Shown here in pieces: positions 33,810-51,170 of a DNA stretch of 64,000 bases. Numbering within the stretch: the stretch's first letter is position 1; each line of letters begins with the position of its first letter. The position numbers were made by a program, and so were the translations under genes. The notes under the pieces were generated by a model. It had not been told where the DNA came from. It searched no databases and saw nothing but the letters and a program-made list of their open reading frames with translations. This DNA is from the human T2T-CHM13v2.0 reference genome, Homo sapiens, in assembly GCF_009914755.1 (NCBI RefSeq), contig NC_060931.1; one strand, given 5' to 3'.

Positions 33810-34964
33810 TCCTGTTATTCCAAGAGGGGTCTGTGAACCGGCAGCAGGAGCGGCCCCTGTGCTAGGCAAGTCCCACCCCAGACCTAGAGAACTGGAATCT
33901 GCCTTTCAAAAAGATCTGTGGCTATTCTTATGCACAGAGAGGGAGGGGCACTGAGCCTGCGGAGTAAGAGAAGTCTGCACCTGTCGGATATACGGACAGA
34001 GGAACGTGGTCAAGACCTTCCCATAGAGGAGTGAGGCCATCAAACCCACCCGTACCATGTCCCTCTTGTCGTGGTAAGAAGGGTTGACAGCAGAAAAGGG
34101 ATGGCAGCTCCTGTCATAACCCAGGCCAAAGACGACCCAACTAGGCAGGGTAGAACTCAATCTTTCTTCCTAACCTCACCAGTGCTTCCAAGATGTTTCT
34201 AACAAATATAGTATCAGTTATAACTTATTAGGAAATAGAAAAATCTTGGTAATGAAAATATGAGTAATCATGTGTTTCCACGTACAGCGAATATATCTCG
34301 GTTGAAGCAATGCCTCTAGACATCAATGCATACATGAAGACGTTAACAGGGTATGCTGGATGCTGAAAGATGAAATGAGGATCTCGTCAAGGGCTCCCTA
34401 TTATGTAGGATATTTAGAGGTGTAATGTCTTACTGCTGGGACTTTTGTCCCTGCTAAATAAGTGTGAGATTCTGCTTGATATTCAATTTTCCTGTATTTT
34501 GGATGAATAAGCAATTTAAAGTTCAAAAGAAACAAAGCTGCATTTGGACTACCACGCCAACACTGTTCTTTCTTCCAGCTCAGCTCAGCCTCAAAGTCAC
34601 TGTTTAACATTCTGCCTCCTTAAGAATCTAGAAAAGTTTGACAGGGTTATTCGTGGGATTCGGTGTGCTTTAAAGGAATGACAGCAATATAGATAAAAAT
34701 AGATGGGTGAAGAGGGGAAATTCCTCTCTTAGACACTTAGGTTTAATACTTTACATTCATTACATTGGCAGACACAATGAAAAGAAAAAAAAGAGTGTAT
34801 ATCTGCTTAGAGAAATGCATAATTAAATTAATAAATCTCAAGTAAGAAGAAGAAAAGGGACAGGACACCAAATCTGTGTTGAGAAGAATCTCTGTGTTGG
34901 GTTTCATTAATAAAAATCTTAAAAAGCTCATGAATTCAGTACAATGCTTAATGGCACTTAAGCG

Positions 34965-35150
34965 ATAATAGTAACTAACATTTATGAAGTACTCACTATG
35001 GGTTTACACTGTTTTTAAATGCCATGATACGGATTGGCTCATTTAATCCTCAAAACACCTGATATTAGCTCTATTTTAGAAATGAGAAAACCAAGGCACA
35101 GAGAGGTTAAGTAACTTGTCCAAGGTCACACAGCTAAATAAGTAGTAGCG
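34965..35150 (-). mobile_element. MIR
   Basis: 'catttaatcctcaaaacacc...gagaaaaccaaggcacagagaggttaagtaacttgtccaaggtcacacagct'. Confidence 0.85.
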
Positions 35151-36621
35151 ATTCCTCTCGAACAGAAGCTGCTCTCTAGTTCTTCTTGCCTCCCTGCTAA
35201 TTTGCAAAAATTGTAACTGTAAAAGACTCTCATTCTTACTAATATAAGAGACAAAACCCTGGTGATTTAGACATTCAAAGTCTTATGGAACGGGCACACC
35301 ATTCCACCCTGTGGACAGCGGCCAAGATTTGGCCTGCAATATAATAAAACTGAGGAATAGTGAGATGGGTTCGAATGAAGACCCTGGATTATTTTTCTGT
35401 AGGATGAAATGCAAATTAAGTCCGGTAAAATTCTGAAATGCACCATTTGTTACCAATAAATACAGACAAACACTTTTAATGACAATGACTATGAACGCGT
35501 TCTCTTCCAGCTAACATGTTTGTGAAATGCTGCAGTGAATCTCAAAGATAACAGGCACCCGGCTAATTCTATTGGGTTAACACGTCCATGCTGGCTGTGC
35601 AGGCTTATTTAAGTAATTGCCTGACTGTGAATGAACAGAGGTATTAAAGTAAAGTTGGCACAAGGGACAGCATCCACATGGCACATTCTTTGTTTCGAGA
35701 GCTTTATTCTATCAATACTCCTGGAAAAAAGAGAAGTTGCTAAATAAATAATGGAAGCACACAAGACAGTGTGAACGCCTTTTCAAGTCCTCGAATTGTC
35801 AAGCATCTTATATAAAGTTCTTTCCCGACTCTGAGCTCATCACATTTCATTTTACATATTAATTTTGCGTAAGAGCAAGCTCATCCCGTTCAAATGTTAA
35901 CAGCTTCAAAATAAGATCCTGGTGAAAGCTCGTCACATTCCATTTTAAATATTAATTTTGCCAAAGAACGAGCTCATGCCTTTCAAATGTTAACAGCCTC
36001 CAAATAAGATCCAAGTTATTTACCTGTAAGATACAAGAAGAAGACAGGAGAGGGAAAAAAAACAACCAAGTGAGAGGAGAGGCGACAGAAATGACGGAGT
36101 GAGAGGGTCGCCTGAACTCAACACCGATTCAATAACCTCTTCAGGTTTTCCTATTTAACTTTCCCCATTAAAAAAGAAGACACACCCTACCGGTCATATC
36201 TTCACAGGCGCAGATAAGGGCACCAGTCTATGATTAAAGGGTCTGGACTGTGGGTATGATTCGGGGTTGCCTCCGAGTGCATGGTGACAAGCACAAACAA
36301 TTAGCGCTCCCTGACACCTTGCTGTAATTCGAGTTCGGCGAGTAAGGACAAAAGGGCCGCCCGTCCGTGTGGATGCCGGGCTCAGGGCTGCGCTCTGGGA
36401 GCCTGGCTCGCGTCCCCTCCGCGGACGCCCGGTACCCCGCAGCCCGAGCTCGCCGGCGCCCGCATCCCCGCCCCGGTTCCCGCCCCGGCCCCTGGGCTTC
36501 CGCAGGACGCAGCTCGCCGTGGGGCAGCGCCGGAGATGGGGCGCGGGGTCCCCGCGGGTCCCGGTCCTCGGGCGGCCGGGCCGTGGGAGCGCCGGGCCGG
36601 CAGCGGGCGGGGCGCACTCAC

Positions 36622-36652
36622 CTTCGTCCTCGAACTCCAGCTTCTCCAGCAT
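36622..36652 (-). CDS. PRKAG2: Start of the short AMPK gamma-2 isoform (ATG at 36652-36650; MLEKLEFEDE...)
   Basis: In-frame ATG in gccggcATGc context (G at -3). MLEKLEFEDE is the N-terminus of the known short gamma-2 isoform, and the ATG lies in a CpG island. Confidence 0.88.
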
Positions 36653-36691
36653 GCCGGCTTCCGCGGGTCCCAGGGCCGCCGCCAGCGCCGC
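36622..36691 (-). CDS. PRKAG2: PRKAG2 internal coding exon (canonical exon 5, 70 bp): AALAAALGPAEAGMLEKLEFEDE
   Basis: Minus strand reads pyrimidine tract gtcctcctcctccccctcAG|GCGGCGCTG...GAGGACGAAG|GTgagt. Acceptor AG is at 36693-36692 and donor GT at 36621-36620. The exon has 23 codons + 1 nt. The peptide matches my recollection of AMPK gamma-2 just upstream of the CBS domains. Confidence 0.96.
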
Positions 36692-37123
36692 CTGAGGGGG
36701 AGGAGGAGGACAGCGATCAGCATGAGCTGCGACGCTCGTCCCCGGCCGGCGGGCTCGCGGCCGGCCGAGCGCTGGGGCCTGGCTCTGCCGCGCCGCCGGG
36801 AGGAGGGGCCTGGCAGGGGACGCGGGCAGCGGGGGCCGGGGGCGGAGCGGGAGCGCTGCCCCCACCCGCCCGAGGCCGCCGCCGCCGCCGCAGGTGGCGC
36901 GGCCGCGGCCCGCGTGCCCCTCCGCGAGTGGGACGCGCCGCTCCCCCCCGCGCCTTGGTACGGCCCGCCCGGGAGGAAGCGTGGGAAGGGACCCGGGAGC
37001 TCGAGGGCGGCAGCGCCTGGGCCCGGGGCGCCCCCCTCCGGCCGTGGCCCGCGTCCTCCCCGCCGTGCCGCCATTGGGAGAGGCCCGCGGCCCGCCCCCA
37101 CTCCGCCCCCCGGCGCCGCTCAC

Positions 37124-37200
37124 CTTCCCAGCACCGGCGGCCGCGCTCGGCAGGCTCCACCTGCGCAGGTGTGGGCTCCGCGGCGCGGGGAGGGGGAGAG
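37124..37200 (-). other. PRKAG2: Candidate non-coding alternative first exon (5' boundary uncertain)
   Basis: Near-consensus donor GGGAAG|GTGAGC with GT at 37123-37122, 432 nt upstream of the exon-5 acceptor, inside the CpG island. Confidence 0.5.
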
Positions 37201-37879
37201 GGGCTGGAGGCTGCAGAACGCCCCGGGGCGCCAGCTAGGGGATCCTTTCTCGCTTTCCTCTTCCCTTTCCAAATTTTAGATGTAACTGCCCATCCTCGGC
37301 CCCCTTAACAAAAATCGTTCCGTGGGCTACACGTATTGTAGATGCACTTTGTCGCTATCCATTTTTTTTTTTCCAGCATGGAACTCTTAATTCGCGTCCT
37401 CTCTTCGCAGCCGAGTGTCTTCTCGGTTGGGGAGCCGCTGCCAAAAACGTACACACCCTGAATCTGGCCCTGGCCGCTCAGGAGCTGGGTATCTGAGACT
37501 CTACTATGGCCAACTCAGGTTGGCAGGCTGCGCGGCCAGCAGCCGCTAGCCTCCTGGAAGGGCAGGACAGGCCGAGAGGGGACTGAGGTCCCTGGCCCCA
37601 CGGCCCATCCCTGCAGAGTGCACGGGCGCCGCGAATGCGATTAGCTCCAGTACCGATTAGGGCTGAAAGGAGCTTGGCCCTAGCGCTCTTGCAAGCCGGG
37701 CCTGAAAGAGGAAGTCCTGAAAATGCCTCTCGTTTAGCTTTGTCATCTTACTTGCGCCAATCCCTAAGTCTTAAACCTCTTAAAAAAAGAAAAGGGGTGG
37801 GGAGAGAAAAAGAAAACAAAACTAAGATGTTTCATGGTAAAAAGCTACAGCAGATACCATACTTCATAGTGAAAGACTG

Positions 37880-41790
<3,911 letters not shown>

Positions 41791-42907
41791 AAAGTTTTTT
41801 AAAAAAACTTGGAGTGAGCCAAGGTACACAGGAAGTATCTCTCGTTCTAAGTCTATGCTTTTGTCTCTTGCAATAATTTAAAAAAATTCTTACCGGTGTT
41901 TATGATAAGCACCATCAATTTCACCTGTAATCGTGAGGGGTTGTTTTTTGGGAGGCAGAAATGGGCAACAAATGGCAGTATGTACGTCAGGAGGACCGCA
42001 AAAGTGGTTCACAGACTGAAAAGACCTATAAACCATCACTACAGAAGTTGGTAGAGAGTAGAAATTCTAACAATTAATGTTTTATGCAACTCCACTTGAT
42101 AATGAATGGGTGTACAGGAGTAGCCTAAAATAAAAATGTTTTTATGTAATATGCTAGTGGGATTGAATTTATTTCTACAGGTTTTTTACTTAGTAAGAAA
42201 TCTTATGTTTTCTTCCTTAGAAAGGAGGCTACTCATGGAACAACAGAAAAAGTCATGAGGTTTTTTTTTTTTTTTTATAACACACTAAGTCAATTTCAGG
42301 AATTTGAGGGCTTTTACAGTTTAGGTATGTACATTAATGTGCACAGGGTCAAAAGACAGACGAATTTGTCAGCACACAGAACTTGAAGCTGGTGGTCGTC
42401 GTTGCCCTTTTATGGCAATGTTTTCTTAAAGTCTCAACAGACTTATGCCAGACTTAATTTTAGCTGTTTCAGGCAGGCAGGGAAAGCCGGGAGAAGAGGC
42501 GAAGGGAGGGGAAGGGCGTGGGCAATGTCATGCAAGCAAAGGGAAGGGGCGTGCACTTGTGACACCGACTCCTCTCTCAGTCCATCAGCATCAGGGATGT
42601 TTGATGTAGCAAAAACAGACCAAATCCACCACCCAAACCCTCCTGATAATCCAGACCGATCTCCCCAGGGAGAACAAAATGGGCCAACCATGGCAGGGAG
42701 GAACTGGGTTCTGCTAACAGCCTGGCACAGTTCCACCACAGGGAACATTTCCATTTATATCACATCAGCCAGTCTGAGGTTACTGGACTCTAGTGTGGTG
42801 GGAGGGAACAGAGGGACCCAAGTTGGACTTTATGGAGAGAATGCCTGAGAAACATGGAGCCATCACAAGTGTGACTTCTTGGTTGGTAAAAAATGCTAAA
42901 TTATTAT

Positions 42908-43293
<386 letters not shown>

Positions 43294-43918
43294 TTAATCA
43301 TAAAACAATTGCCAAAAAAGCACTCCTTTACGCACAGAGGTCGGATATGAGTTTGCTCTGCCTCTTAAAAGAAGTCTTAAATAGCTCCTGCAAGAAATAA
43401 ATCAACCTCAAATACTGGGTAAGGAGCTCCTGAATAATTTAGCATACAGAACTCTTAGTTTCTGTGCATCCTGCTGTCTTCCTTGAGCTCCACTCTGCTC
43501 TGCAAGGGCGTCCTCCAAAGAGTAAAGAACGACGTGAAACCCCCTGGATGCTGGACAGGAGCTGCACATGCACTCTGCTCCCGTTCCCACTGGGCATTCT
43601 CCAGGCAGCTCCAACCCACCACTGTGCCTGACATGTCCAGGTCTCAGTCCCAGCCCAGCCCTCTCCTGAGCTCCACACTGCCATCATCTCCACTGGAGTT
43701 TTCTACACCAACGCAGATGCACTTCATCTAAAACTGTGCCCCAGTCCTCTGGGTCTTGCCGTCTTGGTTTCTTTTGAGACAACCCACTTGTCTCCATCCC
43801 TGCTACACCTCCCCTGTTTCAGGCTTCCATTTTCTCAGGGTTGGCCAGCCGGGCAGCTTGAGCTCCTCCAGTCTTGCCCGCTTTCCAGTCTATTTCCTTC
43901 CGTGTAGCCAGAGTGCCT

Positions 43919-44554
43919 ATGATGGTTAAATTTGAATCCAGTCATCTTGACTGGATTAAGGAACACCTAGACAACCGGTAAAGCATTATTTCTGGGTGTG
44001 TCCGTGCAGGAGTTTCCAGAGACTGGCATGTGGGTCAGTGGACTGAGTGGGGAAGATCTGCCTCCAGTGTGGGCGGGCGCCATCTAATTAGCTGGGGGCC
44101 TGGAGAGAACAATAAAGGTGACAGAGGATTTCCTTGCTCTTTCTCCTGGAGCTGGGACACTTTCCTCTTCCTGCTCTTGGGCATCAGAACTCCAGGCTCT
44201 CCTGCCTTGACACTGGGACTTAACAGCAGCAGCCCTCTGGTTTTCAGGCCTTTGGCCTTGGACTGAGAATTACGCCACTGGCTTCTCTAGTTCTGAGGCT
44301 TTCAGACTTGGACTGAGCCACGCTACCATTACCTGCATCCCAGGGACTCCAGCTTGGAGATGGCCTGTTGTGGGACTTCTCAGCCTCCATAATCCCATGA
44401 GGCAATTCCCCCAATAAATCCCCTCTCATCCATCTATCAGTCAGTCAATCAATCAATCAATCAATCATCTATTATCTATCTACCTACCTCCATCCGTTTC
44501 TATCATCTATCTATCACCTATTGGCTCTGTCTCTCTGAAGAACCCTGACTGATA
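43919..44554 (+). mobile_element. MLT2B-like ERVL solo LTR with an internal (TCAA)n/(TCTA)n microsatellite
   Basis: 'tgatggttaa..cttgactggattaagg...gtgggacttctcagcctccataatc...ctctctgaagaaccctgact'. Confidence 0.85.
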
Positions 44555-44568
44555 AGAGTGACATTTTA

Positions 44569-47075
<2,507 letters not shown>

Positions 47076-48431
47076 CCCCACTCCCCAAAAAGAAGTGTAT
47101 TAATTCTGCTGATTGCTTTTAATCAATATATTTGGAGAGAAGGTTTTGTTCATTTTGACAGCTTTCTGAATAACAATTTCAGATGCTATAAATATTAGTT
47201 CCTCCCTAACATTCATGATTTCTTTAAAGATAATTTATTCCACAGTATCTTTTCAGAGAGAGTAGCAACCAATTTGTCCAGCTCAAGTCAGCTGAAAACC
47301 TGTTTCAAAGGAAGTATTGTTAAACAAAAGGTGAAGAAAATTGATTAACCCAAAAAGTCCTTTGGATTCTCTATGTTAAATTATCTTCGAATTTCCAAAA
47401 TAGGAGACAATGGTAAGCTTTTGAAGACAGTCATTCATTCAGCAAATACTTACTTAATATGGGCTATGTGCCCAGAACCAGGGTAGTTGGTTAATAAAAT
47501 ATCTGTTGAACGAACATGTGCTAGCATGACTAGAAATTGGCATAGAAGATATGAAGAAGGAGCTCAAGGAACATGGAGAATCAGCATGATTGCCTTGCTA
47601 CCCTTCAAATTCATTCGTTACAGTCTGAAATGCATACATCTCTTGCCTTTCACAAATAAATCCATTTTTTTGCCAATCAAAATATTTTATTATTAGCTTT
47701 GTGTTTAACATGAGTTATTGGGAGCGGAATATTTATATTCTCTTATAGGTTGATAACTCTTAGTATTGTCTTATAATACATTGCAAATAAAAAAATAAGT
47801 AATGCTCACCAAGTTCATCTAACCTTTCAATTCTTAATGCAGCCAAGTCACAAACTTTGAAATATGTTGTATTTATATTAGAATGCAATGTACAGAATGA
47901 TATAGTGTCACAAGGCAGTCTCTGTTTTCTATTCTCTGCTCCCTCCCCTGCAACTGACCTATTCATTAACCCTTTCTAGAACAGATCACTGTTAACTGTT
48001 TTTCAGCCCCTTTAAATCCCATATTGGGTGGAAGCTCTATTCCTAAATTGGTGAAAAATTACAAACATGATTGAGACAGACTACTTCCACTTCAGTTCTG
48101 CTCTACATAACGTGATCAAAAGGAAGTACAATATTCCAGCTGAAATTAAAGGGACCCACTAATGCCTCCACCACATCTTCTACATTCTGGAGACTTCAGT
48201 GGTCTTCATTTACTATCCACAGTGTTACATAGCCACTTATGGTGGATTAGAGTGAACTGCAGACACAGAGCCAAGGAAATGGAGAAGCAGGACCTTCATA
48301 CCTCATAATGCAAATCCTTTAAAGAATGATTTGTAGTGTCCCTTTTTGTTGTGTGTAATTTACCAACAATAAACGATTTCTATTCCAAGTGTACAATTTG
48401 ATGAGCTAGGATGAAATCATCAGTACAATTA

Positions 48432-48830
48432 TACGATGGAATACTATTCAGTCATAAAAAGCAATAAATTAACAGCATTTGCAATGACCTGGATAAGACT
48501 AGAGACTATTATTCCAAGTGAAGTAATTCAGGAATGGAAAACGAAACATTGTGTGTTCTCACTGATATGTGGGAGCTAAGCTATGAGGACGCAAAGGCAT
48601 AAGAATGATACAATAGACTGTGGGGACTTGGAGGGAAGAGCGGAAGCGGGGCAAGGGATAAAAGACTACAAACATGGTGCAGAGTATACTGCTCGGGTGA
48701 TGGATGCACCAGGATCTTACAAATCTCCACTAAATAACTTACTCATGTAAGTTCATGTAACCAAATACCACCTGTATGCCAATAACTTATGGAAAAATAA
48801 AATTTAAAAAGTAAATAAATGTTAAAGAGA
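48432..48830 (+). mobile_element. L1PB-type 3' end
   Basis: 'gggagctaagctatgaggacgcaaaggcataagaatgatacaa...ccaataacttatggaaaaataaaa'. Confidence 0.85.
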
Positions 48831-48849
48831 AAATTAAAAAAATAAAATA

Positions 48850-51170
48850 TAGAGAAAATTTTTTTATCACTCCAAAAGTTTGCTCATGCTCCTTTGTGGT
48901 TCACCCCTTCTTCAAGGCAACCACTGATCTACTTTTTATCACTATGTCACTATAAATATTTCCTAGAATTTTGTGTATATGGAATCATACAGTATATGTG
49001 CTTTTGCTCCTGGATTATTTCACTTAGCATAATTATTTTGCCATTCATTCATGTCGCTCAGTATACCAGTAGTTTGTTCATTTCTATTGCTAAGTAGCAT
49101 CCCATTCTATGGATAGACCCCATTTTGTCTATTCATTCACCAGTTGATGGACATGTGGGATATTTTCACTTTTTGACCATTGGGAATAAAGCTGTGAACA
49201 TGTGTGGTCAAGTCTTTGTAGGAACATGCTTTCATTTCTCTTGGGCAAATACCAAGGAGTAGAATGGCTGAGTCATTTGGTAGGTGTGTGTTTAATATGA
49301 GAAACCACCCATTTCACAGACTGGCTGTACCATTTTACATTTCTGCCCAAAGTGGTTGAGAGTTCCAGTTGCTTCATGTCCTCATCAATGCTTGGTATGG
49401 TCTCTTAACATTTTTTATCATTTTAGTCATTCTAGTGGGTGTATAGGTTTCTTGCTGTGAGTTTAATTTGCATTTCCTTGAGGACAATATCTTTTTGTGT
49501 TTATTGGTAATTAATGTGTTTTCTTTTGTGAAGTGACTGTACACATCTTTTGTCTATTTATTTATTAGAGTTTTTGTTCTTATTGAGTTGTATGAATATG
49601 GCAAGCAGACTCTGAGATGGCCCCCAATGCATGATCCCCACCTCCTGGCATTCATGTACTTGTGTATCCCTCTTCTTGAGTGTGAGCAGGACCTAGTGAC
49701 TTACTTCTAGCCAACAGTATTCAGCACAGGTGATGGGACACCACTTCCATTATTAAGCTTCTGTCTATATACATAAGACTGTGGCTTGTCTTTCTAGCAG
49801 ATCACTATCTTGCTGGCTTTGGTGAAGCAAGCTGCCATGCGGGAGAGGCCCATGTCAATGAACTAAGGCTCTCAGTCTAACCGCTTGCAAGGAACTAAAC
49901 ACTGCCACTAACCACATGAGCTTGGAAAGGGATCCTTCCCCAGCTGAGCCTTCGGATGAGACCCTGGTCCTGGCCAACATCTTGATTGCAAGCTTCACAA
50001 AAGAGCCTGAGGCAGAGGACTCAACTAAGCTGTACCTGAACTTCTGACCTACAGAAGCTATGAGATAATCAATGCATGATTTCAGCCACTAAGTTTGTGG
50101 TAATCTGTTACACAACTAGATAATACAATGGGTTTTAAAAAAATGCATTTAGGATGTAAGTCCTTTGTCAGACACATGTACTGTGAATAGTGAATATTTT
50201 CTCTCCTTCTGTGGCTTGCCTTTTCATATTCCTAGTCATGTCTTTCAAAGAGCAAGTTTTTAATTTTGATAAGATCCTATTTATTATATTATGACTCATG
50301 CTTTTTCTGTCCTAGCTAAGAAATCTTTGCCTCCTCTTCTTCCAAGGTTGTGAGGATTGTCTTAAATGTTTCCTTCTAGAAGTTTTACATTTTCCTTTTA
50401 CTAGGCCTAGGATCCATTTTGATTTAATTTTTAAATTATGATATGTGGCAAGGGTTGAGGTTCATATTTTCCATACTGAAATCCAATTGTTCCACATTGC
50501 TTGTTGAAAAGATTTTACTGCCTCACTGGATTCCCTTGGTACCTTTATTTAAAATCAATTGACCATATATGGGGATCTATTTCTGGATTCTCTATTTTGT
50601 TCATTGATTTATATCTATACTTTCATCATGACCACACTGTTTTGATTACTGTAGCTCTATAATAGGCCTTAAAATCAGGTAGTGGACATTCTCCAACTTT
50701 GTTCTTCATTTAAAAAATGGCTGTGAGTCCTTTAAGTTCCTTATGTTTCTATATACATTCCAGAATTAAAAATAAAACCTACTGGAATCTTGGCTGGGAC
50801 GGCATTTGATCTACAGATCAATTTGGGAAGAAATGACAACAGTATTAAGTGTTCCAATCCATGATCATGGCATATCTTTCCATTTGTTTAGCCCTTTGAT
50901 TTCTCTCAGCAATCTTTTGTAGTTTTCACCATGGAGGTCTTACATATCTTTTGTTAAATTTATTCCTAAGTATTTATTTTTTGATGCTCTCATAAATGAA
51001 ATTGCTTATAAAATTTCATTTCCCAATTGTTTGCTGTTAGCATATAAAAATACAGTGGATTTTCATACATTAACCTTGTATCCTGTGACCTTGCTAAATT
51101 CACTCGTAAGTTCTAGTGGTAATTTTGTAGATTTCTTAGGATTTTTCTGCATAAGTAATCACATCATCTA
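48850..51170 (-). mobile_element. Old L1M (antisense), interrupted by an MLT1E/F-like LTR at about 49598-50127
   Basis: Antisense L1 3'UTR/ORF2. The LTR reads 'gatggcccccaatg..atccccacctcctggcattcatg...ccactaagtttgtggtaatctgttacac'. Confidence 0.8.

Larger units (their letters stand above)
36340..37640. promoter_or_regulatory. PRKAG2: CpG island / internal promoter of the short PRKAG2 isoform
   Basis: Very GC- and CpG-rich non-repeat block surrounding the exon. It has GC boxes at 37091-37109, a minus-strand CCAAT at 37073-37077 and (GCC)5 at about 36875-36889. Confidence 0.88.

Noticed and set aside
36194-37308. Several overlapping 200-313-aa ORFs on both strands
   Set aside because: Stop-codon depletion in a GC-rich CpG island explains them. 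Only 36622-36691 has splice sites and a recognisable protein match.
47805-47860. Possible cassette exon (minus-strand donor TTG|GTGAGC at about 47809)
   Set aside because: There is no convincing upstream acceptor or pyrimidine tract, and the peptide is not recognisable as PRKAG2.
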